Counted from the stretch's first letter, positions 1 through 13,635 are shown. The stretch: DNA of 64,000 nt from Camelus ferus (GCF_009834535.1 NC_045696.1:28646001-28710000); one strand, 5' to 3'. Made by a program: numbers and translations. The notes: a model not told the origin generated them from the sequence alone.

Positions 1-985
1 TGAGTGAGTTAATAGGCTAATATCCTGTGATAATGAGATCCTGATTCGTCACTGTTAGTTTGAAAGTGCGTGGGGGCTTCCTGGGTGAAATCTGAAACTG
101 GCCCTGTAGGAGTAGGGAAAGGAGAAACTAAAGAAAAAGGCAGTCTACTCCAGATTAGTAGGTGGTAGGTTTGGAATTGGCAGATGATAGATGAATACAT
201 AAGAGATACATACTGAAATAGAAGCGACGTTATAGATATTTGTGAAAATACACTATACATTCATTTATTTCCCATACTGTCCTCTAATATAGCCAAGAAG
301 CCATGACCTTCAGTAGCATGGAACACAGTGTCCAGATTTTGGCTTCTATATATGTCTCCACTAAAAGGAACTAGAGATCCTTCATGAAATGGCGATGCCA
401 GGACTAGATCAACTGATCCTAGTTGAGTCTAGAATACTGTTACGTGCCAGCAAGTCAGGACATGCTTAAAGAGTGATGCAGAAATTTCAAAGAACGTAAG
501 AGTCAACATGAAGGAGTCCATACTGAGAAATTTATGACAATTTGTGTATCAAATAAATAATAGAAGTAGATAATTATAATACAGTGAACACCATAAGAAC
601 CCAGGAATGCATATTGATACAAATAAATAAATGCAAACAAATAAGAGAATGTTCTTCCTAACAGTAGACAGACAGCTAAAGTATGTAGACAGGATGGCAG
701 AATTACAAAAAATTGCTCTTTGATAATCATAAAATAATAATTGACCTAGGCAAGGATCCTCAATATGTGTAATAATTAGCATTTGAAAGTCTTATGTTTA
801 ATAACTTATTGTAATCTCAAAGTATAACATCACAATACACTTACTGATTACAATGGGGAAATAATAATTTCACAGTGGAGAAAGCTCACAGTCACCACCT
901 TAACTGAGGGATTAAAATTAAGATCTACAGTAGTGGGATACTTCAACTTTAGTAGTCACTTGATACAATGCACTGAGAGAAAAAC
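1..985 (+). mobile_element. Old L1 (L1MC/L1MD-like) 3' UTR fragment, cut by the window start
   Basis: Diverged matches to the same L1M 3' UTR motifs seen at 3270-4110 (ccagattttggcttcta..., aaaaggaactagagatccttcatgaaatggc..., cacagtggagaaagctcacagtcaccacctt). Confidence 0.6.
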
Positions 986-1177
986 ACGTGTTGAAAGCCC
1001 TTAAAGAGGAAATGCCATTGTCCCTCATATATTCAAGGCTCAGGACAGCTCCGGTCACTCTTTAGTTAGTACCAGGTTTGCCTTGAACCCCAGCCAAGGC
1101 AGAATACATGGCTTTCTTTCTAAGAACCCCAAGGAGGCCTTCTCTTCCGGACAATCAGGACAACCGTTCTTGTACTG

Positions 1178-1210
1178 ATGTGTGTATGTGTGTATGTGTG
1201 TATGTGTGTA
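1178..1210. repeat. (TGTGTA)n/(TG)n microsatellite followed by a poly-T tract
   Basis: Seen directly in sequence. Confidence 0.9.
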
Positions 1211-1444
1211 GAAGCAGTGTTTTTTTTTTTTTTTTTTAACCCTGCATTTTTTTTCTCCTTGAATTCCCTTTCATGTTTGTTTATCCACTCAAAAAGGATG
1301 CACTGAGTTCCTCCTCTGTTCTGGGTTCAGTGACAGAGGTTGAGGGGATGAATCTGGTATGGATTCTTCACGAAGGAGATTATAGTCTGGGTAGCACAGA
1401 CCTCTGTCAAGCCTACAGCCTTTTAGTGTCGTAAACTTGATGGG

Positions 1445-1585
1445 AAAGGACCTACAGAATCACTAACTCAGCTCTTCCGTTATTGCAAAGATGTAGACTG
1501 AGAAGTAGGGAGGGTAAGTGGTTTGATCTAGGTCATTTGGATGGTTCCTGGCAGAGCTGGAGTGGATCCCCCGCCCCAGCCTAGT
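1445..1585 (-). mobile_element. MIR SINE fragment
   Basis: Reverse MIR core: gatgtagactgagaagtagggagggtaagtggtttgatctaggtca...ggcagagctggagtggatccc. Confidence 0.6.
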
Positions 1586-1949
1586 ATTTTGATTAATAAA
1601 CCACACTTCTAATCTAGATTCTTGAGAAAACATGCCTTCTTTGGTATTCTGTCTCCCTCCCTTCAAAAGGCTCTGGAACAACCAAATGGCCACCATCTTC
1701 CATAGCCAACGGGCCTGGATTCCCAGCAGAGGAGCACTCCCGTCAGCCCACCCCCATTCTGCAGCAAGGAAGGTGTTTACTAGCACTCTGTTAGTTCTTG
1801 GTTGATTTTTTAAAATGTGTTGTTTGAAATCCTTGCCTTTTATTGGTATATTTACTTTATGGCATACATAAAGAGCTGTATTAAAAAATAAATTGTGTTG
1901 TAAAAGCAAAAAAAAAAAGGGGGGGGGCACTGCACCATTCATGAAGAGA

Positions 1950-2326
1950 AAAATCCTGCTGGCTTTGAAGAAGTGAAATCCTGCTGTACAAGAACCTGTG
2001 AGATGACCGGTTTTGGCAAGAAATGCTCAGAGATGCTAGGAGCTGAAAGGCACCTCTGACTAACAGCAGGAAAGTGTAGAACTTAGCCCTATAATTGCAA
2101 AGAACAATATTCTTCCAACAACCACATGAGCTTGGAAGAGAATTCTAAGTTCTGGAAAGAAACAAAGCTCAAGCAGTAACATGACTGCATCATTGGGAGA
2201 TCTGAGCAGAGGACCCAGCCAAGTTCTGCCCAGGCTCCTGATGCAGAGGAACTATGAGCTAATAAATATATCTTAGCTCAGACTGCAAAGCTTATGATTT
2301 TGTTACATAGCATAGACAATTAATAC
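1950..2326 (+). mobile_element. MaLR solo LTR (MLT1 family)
   Basis: tgctggctttgaaga..., aacaaccacatgagcttggaagag, ctgagcagaggacccagccaag, AATAAA and the typical end ttgttacatagcatagacaattaataca. Confidence 0.8.
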
Positions 2327-2759
2327 ACACACGTTATTAGTATAATTTATGAGCTCTATACCAGGGTACTAAAGCATTTGACTGACACTATCATACTGTT
2401 CTTGATCATACTGACATTATATCTGGCATTTAGTTAACTGTTTTATACAGTGTAAAAATCTATTCTTTTTATATATTTATAAATTTAGATTTTCAATTTC
2501 TTCCACTTTACTATTAATTAGGTTTATTTTACAACTGTTGAATATGAAACCTACCACAGAGCCAAATTTTAGCTATCAAATGATTTATCACTAAGAAAAG
2601 TTTTAAGTATCTTTCCTGCAGCAGTATGTTTTGTGACATTACTTAAATAGTTAATAACTATTCTTTATTTACTTCTTATGCACAATTGAATTGTTGATGG
2701 CTATTTGTGTGAGCATACTCTGACACACATTAAATATCCTTTTCTAAAAATCTTTTTAT

Positions 2760-3262
2760 CAAACTTAACTTTTTAGAACAGTTTTAGATTTACTTAAAAA
2801 TCAGAGAAGATAGTACAGAGAGTTCCCAGTTTCCTTAACTATTAATATCTTACATTAGTATGATGCATTTGTTACAGTAAATTAACCAATATTGATATCT
2901 GGTAATTAAAATTTACAGTTTATTTTAGATTTTATTAGTTTTTACCTAACATCCCTTTATAGTTGCAGATTCCCACCCACACTACCATATTACCTTTAGT
3001 CATCACATCTTTTTGGCTCATCTTGGCTATTGTACCTTCTCACTGTCCCTGTTTATTATCCCTTTGAATATTTTGAGCAGTACTTAGGTATTTTGTAGAA
3101 AGTTTCTCAACTGGATTGTCAAATTCTTTTTTTTCTTTTCTTTGTGATAAGATTAGTGCTGTGGGTTATGGCTAGGAAGACCACAGAAGTAAAATGGCGC
3201 TGTCATTACATCATATCAAGTGTACATATTGTCAATATGATTTATGACTGTTGATGTTGCTA
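2760..3262 (-). mobile_element. L1MC/L1MD 3'-terminal segment (non-inverted half of a twin-primed insertion)
   Basis: Reverse complement of the L1M 3' terminus (tttagaacagttttagatttac...agatagtacagagagttccc...ttaatatcttacattagta). Confidence 0.8.
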
Positions 3263-3269
3263 TTCATGC

Positions 3270-4112
3270 AATAATTAAATAAACAGATGACAGTTGATGG
3301 GAGCCAGATTCTCACTGTTGGAGAGGGAGTTTACAGATAAACAAGGGGAAGAAGCTAGAATGATGTATGTGGTAACGGATGGGAGACATCAGAATAAACT
3401 CAAGTTTAGTTGAATATAAATACAGATGGTTACATATAGAAATATTTATAGATATGTGTATATATACAGGTTTGTTTAAACACACATAATTTTGCTCTGT
3501 TAGCTGAGAAGACTAAAAACAAACAAACAAGCATCCCAGTAGCAAGGAACACATCTGGTACCCAGATCTTGTTTATCTTTACTGTTCTCCAGTAAAAGCT
3601 ACCAGGACTTCCTGTAGCAATGACTGCTTGTAGGACAAGGCAGGAAATACACAGGTTGAGCTTAGAGCATCTTGTAATGCCAGAAAGTAAGAAAATGCCC
3701 AAACACACATATATGCACACATCACACACACAGTGATAGGGAGATGTGGCAAAGGAGTTCAGGAGCCAACTGAATGAGTCCTCAATGTTCAATCAAAGCT
3801 GGAACAATATGAACAATCTCAAAATAATACTATAACACAAAGTATAAAATAAATATCCACAAGCCCATAGAAATATTGATAAATTAATTAATGGGGAAGA
3901 AGAGATAAATGTCTCATGAAGAATTATTCCAAATAACAGATACTTCACCCTCAAGGTGGGAGGATCTGACTCCCCATTCCCCAGGTATGGGCTGGACACA
4001 GGGACTTCCAGGGTATATAGTGTGTAAAGGTGGGGAGGCAACAAGGTGGAAAAGGTGACTCTACAGTGAAGAAATTTTATTAGGTGATTGAGGATAACAA
4101 GAAGTCATAAAT
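3270..4112 (+). mobile_element. L1MC/L1MD 3' UTR upstream segment (inverted half of the same insertion)
   Basis: gggagccagattctcactgttggagaggg, cccagtagcaaggaacacatctggtacccagatcttg, gagcatcttgtaatgccagaaagtaag; ends where the adjacent minus-strand segment begins in the consensus. Confidence 0.8.
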
Positions 4113-5939
4113 CCTTTGTTATTTTGAATGACTTACTCCACCCACCTATAATAATATCTGAAATGTATTCTGAGTCTGATGTCAAACTTATTGACATGCA
4201 TGGTCACAGATGAACCAGGGCATTAGAACTGAGAATAGGTGCCTCAAAAGGACTTAGAAAGTGGCTGGTATTCTGAAGTGCTGTCTTGCTAGACACATTG
4301 CCACATTTAAATATATAACTAAAATACAGTAATTTAGAATTACTTAAATTTATAAAAATTGGTAAAAATAATTCTGAAGCAAATGAAAGGATCTACATAT
4401 AACTTGTTTCCTAGTACTATATACATTTACCTTATCACTTTAATGCTATTTAACTTCAATGGTTAATAGATTGCCTTGAATCTATAGATGTTGCATACAT
4501 AATCTTTGATTTGATGATGACTCAGTAGAACAGAAAGATTGCTATTAAGTGATTCTTCACTTTGGCATATTATTTTCTGCCCTTTAAAAATGGAGATTTA
4601 TGTACACGACAATTGCATAATTTTAAATGATACTTCTGTTGATGAAAACCCAGCTGGTCTTTCAGAAAAAAAAAAAAAAGAAAAAGCTATCTTCTTTACC
4701 AATTAAAAATCAAGAGAATAAGGATTATAATAAGCCTCTTGGGAGACTTGTCTTTTGTTTCTTTGATAAATACATGATTATAAGGATGAACTATATGAGT
4801 AGCAATAATTTCCCAGTAATATGATCATTAAAAGACCTCTCAACTGCAATATATCACTGTTAATTGGGGACAGATGATCATTTTAGTGACATGCTCAAGT
4901 CATTATCCACATTTCAGTACTTCATGAATACCTGAATCTTCTTAATGAAGTGATTATTTTTTAAGAGATTTTTCAGTGCAAAGATCTTAATAGGGTTGTT
5001 TATTTTAAAACTGCAAAAAAGTTAAAAAAATAGAATTAAGCATTGATAATTATGACTATTTGAGAAAGATATTTAGGGAAAGTGAAGCAAATATTAACTT
5101 TTCATTATTTTTGTAAATAGCAAGACTTTAACATTTACTACAGTCTGGCTCTATGTTACCAGTTTGGGTATGTAAACAAAATCAACAATATTGATACCTG
5201 TACCCTGAATCATTGCTCCAAATTTTAAGATATAATTTGTTAATTTAAATAGATACTCAAAATATGAAATAATATACTCCTCAAAATCTCTACACAAATT
5301 TTGTGTTTCCTAGTGATTATTATTACTTTTCCCTTATATAATTTAATACCTGTGTGTAGCTTTCTTTACCTGTGAAATCTAAGCTATAATATCTCTAGTA
5401 TTTGAAGGAATTCCAAAGCAAATCAAGTTTGCTCTTATCTTCTCACTTTAATAATTAATTGTGTATTTCCTAATTTTTAATTTGATATCATGATCACATC
5501 TTGTTATGAAGCTTACCAAAACGTCGAAAAAAAGTTTTTACTGCAGGATTAGTTCTGAAGATTCAGCTAGTGATCTTTTTATTGATAAATTATTCTATAT
5601 TGCACAGTTTAAGTATAAATTCAAATTTTGACACAACATAGTATGCTGTACTCCTCTCACAAAACTAATGAATTTTCTGCATTTTGAAAAGTGTGTATCC
5701 TTTCTATTGGCTTCCTTTGCACCTCTCTATTCTAGTTCTTTTCTTACTTCTCTATTTTTTCTCCATTTTAGTTTATATATTTTTCTCTTTTGTTTGAAAC
5801 TCTTAAATATCAAGATTCTACAAGTTCTGTTAATTACTCATTTCTATTCCAATTTCCATTCCTAATAATTTTTTTCCACATTCATGAATTCATGAATTTC
5901 AAAATGCTGTTTCCCCTGTTTTAAGCTTCTGCCACTGTC

Positions 5940-6110
5940 TTATATGTTATAATCATATTATCTCATTTAATCTTTACAAAAACTTATGCCTCACTAGTGT
6001 TATTATTCTCTAATTTCTGATAAGCAAACAGTGAAACAGGGAAGTTAAGTAACTTGCTCAAGTTCACACAGGGAAAGGAGGTAGCCAGCATTTTAACTAG
6101 GACTCTAGTT
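5940..6110 (-). mobile_element. MIR SINE
   Basis: tattatctcatttaatctttacaaaaac...gaagttaagtaacttgctcaagttcacacag, the reverse MIR core. Confidence 0.75.
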
Positions 6111-6525
6111 ACTATATTTCAGGAATATTTTCTGTACCCTAAATTTAACAATTCTGTTATTTTTCAATAAATGTGGGGTTTTGCTAGTCAGTAACTCATC
6201 CTCTCAAACTGGAAGGGTTCTTATTCTCTTCCTTTTTATCCAAATTCATTAAATTCTATCACCTCCTTCACACATTATTTTTACATCTAACCTCTATGTT
6301 CTCACCTCAACTGCTCTAATTTTAGGCCTTAACCTTTATTTTGGCAATTACAACAGCATCCTATTCCTGTCATCCTTTTCTCCCTGTCCCATTTCAAATT
6401 AATTGAGCATCACACTGTCAGCGTTACCTTACCAGAGATAAAATTGCCCATGTCACTATGTCTCTAATTGTTCAAATTATTTTATTTAGATAATAACATT
6501 AAAAATACATTTGTATGCCTTAAAT

Positions 6526-6927
6526 TGTCAGGCCAGGATTACTGCATTAGTCTCAGTGGTATATTAAGAGACAACTCTAAAACAAATTTAATTGTGGTCT
6601 GATAAGCAAAATGTTATCTGGTAATTGGTAGACTCTTTATGGCTGACAAGGCCAAACCCCCAGCCTAATGGCATCCTGAGCCCCTTTGACTTGACAGATT
6701 TCTCATTCTTTATAGTCTACATTGGTCATTTCCACTGGAGGCCTTCTTGAGAAACAAAGGAGAGAATCAAAGGGGACTCACTGATTCACTTGCATCCTTG
6801 ACCTTGTGAGAATACCTTGTATGGCTTGTTTATTAGTCTGTTATTAAACAAACTAGGAGCAGCTAAAACCAATCCTGAGTCTCCATTCTCCATTCTCATC
6901 GGCTTTGAAACGGGACCAGCTTTTACA
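6526..6927 (+). mobile_element. Possible old solo LTR, family not recognised, lying between L2 fragments
   Basis: Starts TG, ends ttttaCA, ATTAAA near 6843, ~400 bp; no TSD found. Confidence 0.3.
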
Positions 6928-7176
6928 GTGGCCTACTCAAGACTTTCAAAACCTTACTCCAATTTGACAATTTAACATTTCAATCTCCACTACATCCCTA
7001 ACACAGCCTATGTGAGATTCTCTACAGGCTGGAGAAACTGTAGATGCTTTTTGTTCCTTGACCTGGAGGATTCAATTCTTTGATAAACTCAGCTGCAAAA
7101 CCTACCAAAAATAGTGTCCCTTCAATCAAGCCTGTTTCCCAACTTTCCCAGTCTGTTGATCTATACCCTGCACATT

Positions 7177-7209
<33 letters not shown>

Positions 7210-7337
7210 TGGTTTCTCATATTTTATTGCAACTTATCTGACCCCATTCCCATTTCCTTCCTTGATAATTAGAAACTTAAGAGCAAAATTTTGTTCATTG
7301 ATTCACTCTGTATATCTCTACATGTCTTTTCTTTTCT

Positions 7338-7482
7338 TTTTTTTTTTTTATAGTTTCTTTTCTTTTATAGGGGGTAGGTAATTAGGCTTATTTATTTATT
7401 ATTTTAATGGCAGTTCTGGAGGTTGAACCCAGGACCTCATGCATACTAAGTGCTCTCCTTACCACTGAGCTATACCCTTCCC
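7338..7482 (-). mobile_element. Camelid tRNA-derived SINE (Vic-1-like)
   Basis: Reverse strand reads gggaagggtatagctcagtggta (A box)...ggtcctgggttcaacctcc (B box)...aataaataagcctaattacctacccc then an A-rich tail; imperfect TSD acatgtctttt / acaggtctttt. Confidence 0.85.
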
Positions 7483-7611
7483 ACCACAGGTCTTTTTCCA
7501 TTTCTGCCTTTCTTTAGTTTTACAACTGACATCACTAGGTCTTTGGAGAGTTGCCACTCTCTAGATGCCTCTTGTTTTGTGATACTTACAATGGTTGCTT
7601 TACTTCATAGT

Positions 7612-7745
7612 CATTTTTTTAATTGAAGTATAGCTAATTTGCAATGTTGTGTTAGTTTCTGGTGTATAGCATAGTGATTCAGTTATATGTACATGTTATT
7701 TTCACATTCTTTTTCATTATAAATTACTACAAGATACTGAATATG
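7612..7745 (-). mobile_element. Short artiodactyl-type L1 3' end
   Basis: ttttttaattgaagtatagctaatttgcaatgttgtgttagtttctggtgtatagcatagtgattcag, the reverse of the L1 terminus also present at 42621-42930. Confidence 0.8.
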
Positions 7746-8092
7746 TCAATTTATCTAATTATGACATTTTATAATTAGTGAACCAATATTAATATAATAT
7801 TATTAATGCATAAAGTCCATTCTTCTTTCAAATTGCCCTAAGTTTTACCATAAGTCCTTTTTCTGCTCTAGGATCTCATCTGGGATACCACATTACATGT
7901 ACTAATCATGTTTCCTTAGGCTTCTCTTTGTTGTAACAGTTGAGCAGATTTTCTTTGTGTTTTGATGATCTTGATGGTTTTGTGGAGTAATGATGATGAG
8001 GTTTTTGTCCCTCAACTGGGACTTAACTGATATTTTTTGTTTTTCAATAGGGTTACATACATCTTATCAAGGGTTTGTACTGTCAATATAGT

Positions 8093-8192
8093 NNNNNNNN
8101 NNNNNNNNNNNNNNNNNNNNNNNNNNNNNNNNNNNNNNNNNNNNNNNNNNNNNNNNNNNNNNNNNNNNNNNNNNNNNNNNNNNNNNNNNNNN
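8093..8192. other. Assembly gap (100 N)
   Basis: Exactly 100 N, the usual placeholder for a gap of unknown size. Confidence 0.99.
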
Positions 8193-8782
8193 ATACTGCT
8201 CATGAAGTTGACATTGACCTCCTGGCTGAGTTAAGAAAGTGTTTGTCAGGATTCCCCACTGTAAAGTTACTATTCCCATGTGCCCTCCACACACACACTT
8301 CATACTATATTCTTTAAAAGAAAGTCATTATGTGCAGCCCATGTTTAAGGACTGGGAGCTATGCTTCAGTTCCTCAAGGGTGAAGTATCTACATAAATTA
8401 TTTGGAATGATTCTTCATGGGGCATTTGTCTATTAAACCCTATTTATGTATTCAATCGTTTCTTTATAACAGTGTAGACACATGAATATTTATTTTATAC
8501 TTTGGGTGAAAATCTAATACAATTTTATTTATTTTGCTGTTCAAATTGTTCCCATGTTGACCATTAGGAGGTCTTTATCCATCTCCTATGTCCCTTGGAT
8601 ATACCTCTATCATTGTGTGTGTGTGTTAATTTTTAACCTTTCCTTACTTTTTGGCATGAGTTGATACTCCAGCATTATCTTGTATATTTTACATCCCAGT
8701 CATATATTTTATATCATCAGCCATTTTTCTAAAGAGTCCTGTTTCCTTTATTGGCAAATGGTATTAGAAATCATGAATTAGG

Positions 8783-8907
8783 AGGAGGAGGATATAGCTC
8801 AGTGGTAGAGTGCTTGCCTAGCATACACAAGGTCCCAGTTTCAATTCCCAGTACCTCCATTAAATAAATAAAAACCTAATTACTCCCCAAAAAGTAAAAA
8901 AAAAAAA
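8783..8907 (+). mobile_element. Camelid tRNA-derived SINE (Vic-1-like) nested in the L1M
   Basis: gatatagctcagtggtagag (A box), agtttcaattccc (B box), cctaattactcccc, poly-A; 17-bp TSD agaaatcatgaa(t/a)tagg at 8766-8782 and 8908-8924. Confidence 0.92.
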
Positions 8908-11900
8908 AGAAATCATGAAATAGGCCCTGGTTTGCTCATTGTGACTGAGATCACAATCATTTGGATTACAGGGCAGGGAAATACACACACACACACACAA
9001 GTCCATGTGTACACATCTGTCTGTCTATTTTATCTATCTAGATATTTCTGTGTATAATTGACTGTATTTACATTTAGCTAAACATAAGTTATTGTATAAC
9101 TTGAATCTATTATCATGTGTATCATTCTAGCCTACACCCCTTCCTTTTCTTTCAGTGAGAAATTTGACTCCAACCACCCATTCCAGCATACATGTATAGA
9201 AGTGCAAAACTGTTAACTCACACTCCTGTGGGATGCTACTTTATCAACTAGAGTATAATGCTGATGTGCTGTTTACTTTCACTTTAATTTCAAAGTCTCC
9301 ACTCAGATATTAACCTCTGTCCTGTGACTTGCTATACTGATTTATTAATTTTAGGAGGTTTTTGGTTTTTTTTTTTTTTTTTTTGGTTAATTTTTGGAAC
9401 TTTCTATATACACAATCATGTCTTTTGCAAATTAATTTAATTTTTTTCCCAAATTTTTTATTTCCTTCCAATTTATTTTGTTTTTGCTTCTTGATGTATT
9501 AGGTAAGACTTCCAGTATAATTTCGAATAAGAATGGTGAGAGAAGACATCCTTGCCCTGTTCTCAATCTTAGGTGGAATATGTCTATTTTCTAAGCATCA
9601 TGTCAACTGTAAACTTTTTGTAGATATGGTTTATAGAGTTGAGGAAGCTTTCCTCTAGTCTCAACTGAGAATTTTGATCATGAATAAGTTTTAGATTTTG
9701 TCAAATGCTTTTTTGAAACTACTGATGTGACAATAAAATTTTTCTTTTTTAACCTGTTGATGTGGTGGATTACACTGATTTTCAGATATTGAATCAGTAT
9801 TGTATCGGTGGACTACATCCACTTAGTCATGGTATGTAATTCTACTTATACATTGATGGGTTCTACATGTTAATATATTATAGAAGATGTTTGCATTCAT
9901 GTTTCTGAGACATATTGATCTGTATGTTACTTTTCTTATAACATCTTAATCTGGTTGTGGTATTAGGGTCATGTTGAATGTTGAACTCAGAATGAAATCT
10001 ATATTTTGGAAAAGTTCGTATAGAACTTGTATCATTTCTTTCTTAAATTTTTGGTAAAATCTATCAGTGAAACCATCTAGTCCTGGTGCTTTCTTTTTAT
10101 GAAAATTTATCATTGATTCAATCCTCTTAAGGATACTATCACAGTCACATTATCTATTTCTCTTTAATTTTTTTGAGACCTAATCTTTAACTCATGTGTT
10201 ATTTAAAATTTTGTTGTTTAACCTCCAATTATTTTGGATTTTCCAGCTGTATTAGATTTCTAGTTTGATTTCATTATGACCTCAGAATATAATTTGTAGG
10301 ATTTCTATAACTTTAAATTTATTAAGCTCTGTTTTATAGCCCTGGATGTAGTGTATCTTGGCAAATTTGTCATGTAAATTTGAGAAGAATGTGTTTTCTG
10401 TGGTTATTGGATGGGATTTTCTACAAGTGTCAATTAGATCAAGGTGACTGATATGTTGTTCAGGTCAACTATATCTTTACTTATTTTCTGCCTACCCGAT
10501 CTTTCAACCACTGAAAGACAGATGTAGTTTACAAGTATGTTAATACATTTGCCTGTTTTTCTTGTCTGTTATATCAGTTTTTGGCTCATGTGTTTTGGTG
10601 CTCTGTTTTTGAGTGCATACATTTTTTAGAATTGTTCCATAAATGGGAAGAATTAACACCTTAGTCATTATGTAATATTCCTTTTTATTCTTAATATTTT
10701 TCCTATTTTGAAGCCTGCTTTTTCTGAAATTGATATAACTACTACAGATTTCTTTTGATTAGTGTTAGTATGCTATGGTTTTCTCCTTTCCTTTACTTTA
10801 AATCTAATAGTGTCTTTATATTTAAAGTGGGTTACTTATAGATGAATTGAATCTAATTTTCTAATTCTCTCTGACAATCTCTCTCCTTTAATTAGTATAG
10901 ACAATTCACATTAAGAGATTACTTCTAAATTTTGATTAATATATAACATGTTTTTAAGTATTTTCTATTTATTGAATTTGTTTATTTTGCACCTCTTTTT
11001 CTGCTTTCTCTGGTTTTAATTAACTATTTTATATTATTCTATTTTATTTCCTTTCTTATATCAATCATACTTCTTTTTAAACACTTTTAGTAATTTCCTT
11101 AGAGTTTTTATCTTACATTTTAAATTAATCTGTTATCATCAAATAATAGTATATCCCTTCATGTATATGCAGATACTTTATAACAAACTATACTTGATTA
11201 CTTTTTTGTTTTATGACTATTGTCATACATTTTCAATATCTATATGTTGTAATCATCTAATCTGCTGTTATTGTTACACCTTACAAAAACATGAATTTCT
11301 AGAGATTTAACTTTCTGATTTATCTCCCTTTCTCCTTATCGGAAAAACTTCTTTTAAAACATCATTTTCAGGTCACATCTGCTAGTGATAAAGTCTTTCC
11401 ATTTTTGTTTGTTTGACAAAATCTTTATATTTATTCCATTTTGAAGGCCAGTTTTCCTTTTTCAGAGTTGTAGGCTGTTATTTTTAGTTTATCACTCTAT
11501 ATATTTTTATTCCACTTCCTTCTTTCTTACATGTTGAGAAGTCCACTGTGATTCTTCCACTGTGGTTCTTCCACTATTGGTGAGAGTCCTCAGCCTCAAC
11601 TCTGGCTTTTTTCAAGATTTTCTCTTTGTCTTTGGTTTATTTCAGTTTCAATATGGTAGGTGTAGATATTTTGCGTTTATCCTGCTTGGTTTTCTCTGAG
11701 TGCCTTAGATTCGTAATGAAGCGTCTGTCACCAATTTGGGGAAGTTATTAGCCATTACTATTTCAAGTATTTCTTTTACTTCATTTTCTCTTTCTTTTCC
11801 TTCTGCTATTCCAATTACACATAAATTATACCTTTGGGGATTGTTATCCTACGATTCTTGGGTGTTCTGTTTGTTTTGTTTTGTTTTGTTTTGTTTTCAC

Positions 11901-13635
11901 TCTTTCTGCATATCATTTGGAAAGTTACTATTGACTTATCTTCAAGCTTACTAGTCTTTTCCCTGGCCATGTCCTGTCTAGTGACGAGCCCATCAAGGCA
12001 TTCTTCTTTTCTGTTACTATGTTTCTTAAAATTATTTTAAATTTTCTTTTGAGCCTTTCTTAATTTCCATTTCTCTGCTTATATTGCTACATTTTCTTGA
12101 ACGTTTTCTATTTTTCCATTAGAGCTCTTAAAATATTAAACTGATCTTCAATTCCCCATTTAATTATTTCAATATGTATGTCATATCTGAGTCTGGTTGG
12201 GATAGTCACTTTGTTTTTATGGACTGTGTTTTCTTATGCTTTTGGTATGCCTAGAAGTGTATTGTTGAAAGCCAGACATGATGTAGAGTGTAATAGGAAC
12301 AGAGGTTAATAGCCCTTTATTTTGAGGTTTTATGTTCATCTGTTTAGGAGTGGTGCTTTGTTGTTGTAACTGTAGATGCCAGAGACTTAAAACTTTCTTA
12401 GGATTCTTTTTGTATATCCCATTTTCTTTGAGCTTCTTCAGGTATTCCTTCTAAAAAGAGTATATGATATGCAACACTTTTGGCTATACTCCTTTGTTAT
12501 TTTATGTGAATTTTGTTGGTACAGTGGTAAGGCGCAGAGGAGGGGACACATCTATAATCTCATAAGTAAATCTCAGTTTTTAGTTAGTTTGTGTCCCTGA
12601 GCTGTGACTTTTTCTAATGTTTCTTTTTTTCCCCTTCCTAGCTGAGAGAGGAAGGCTACAGGGGGCTGGAGTAGGAGAAACGCCCTTCCCAATGTTCTGA
12701 TAGTCTTTTCCCTTACAGAGTAAGTCTTTGTTAATGAGAATTACCTGGGCATATTTCATAATGGCTTTGAGGTGGTGTTATGTGCTGCATTCTCAGTTCT
12801 TTGATGGTTCAAGAAATTACATCTATTTTTAGTTTGCTCACTTTTTCTCATAGTAAGGATGAAAGTGATAACTACAGAGCTCTTTGTATGTTGAAGCTGA
12901 AAACCAGAAGTCTTAAATATTTTAGGCAAGAAAAAAAAAAAAACTCAAAATGAAATTCACTCCCTTAGCTTTTAGTTTGTTTATTTGTTTTTATTTTTCC
13001 TTTCAGTGATGTAATTATCAAGTGACAAATGCCTTCCAGGCATGTTTCCCATTTTGGGGGGAGTGGTCTCATCCTAATATCTCCCCACATCATGAAAATT
13101 TGAAACTCTGCAAGCATTATGCAGTTTGATGGATCTGCCACTCCCTACAGAGAAGTATCACTAAACAGTGTTAAAGAAATATCCCTCCTCTGAAAAATAA
13201 TTTTGTTTCACATTTCATTATTGAAATTGCATTTTGCCCTCCAGAGAAGCCATTCATTAAAGCAGTCACTGGTAAGATTTATTTTTCAAATATGGAAATC
13301 TAGAATTGCAAGACTTATGCTTCATTTTGTATAACCAATGCACAAATGCATAAATATAAATAAAAGTGAAATGATACTTTCCAAATAACAGATCTGAGAG
13401 AACTATGAGCATGACATCACCAATCAACATTTGCTTGATTTAAAGATAAAATTTCCATGTATATGGCACTCAGAACTAACTAGGATTCATGAAGGATATA
13501 AAAAAGTTCATCAACCACTTACATAATTAAAAAAAAATCTTACCAACAAAAAAAGTTTGCAAAGCATTACTGCAAGTCAAAGCAAGCAGGATTTTCAGAG
13601 CATGAATAAAACCACATTTGCATTTTTAATAGCGT

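Larger units (their letters stand above)
7770..12912 (-). mobile_element. Degraded, internally deleted L1M (L1MC/L1MD-like) retaining 3' UTR, ORF2 remnants and 5' end
   Basis: 3' UTR at ~7770-9300; minus strand 9505-9572 translates to LRLRTGQGCLLSPFLFEIILEV, matching the L1 reverse transcriptase motif ([21 protein letters not shown]); L1M 5' start gacttctggttttcagct at 12912. No intact ORF. Confidence 0.85.

Noticed and set aside
1463..1942. 159-aa minus-strand ORF
   Set aside because: Runs through homopolymer tracts and a MIR; no recognisable protein.
5880..5897. 18-bp perfect palindrome attcatgaattcatgaat
   Set aside because: Explained by slippage duplication of a self-complementary 8-bp unit.
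8783..8860. tRNA-like A/B boxes (also at 7405-7482 and 42525-42600)
   Set aside because: Followed by SINE body, A tail and TSD; these are SINE heads, not tRNA genes.
11542..11579. 14-bp tandem repeat ttccactgtg(a/g)ttc, about 2.5 copies
   Set aside because: Local slippage inside the old L1; no spacers, so not a CRISPR-like array.
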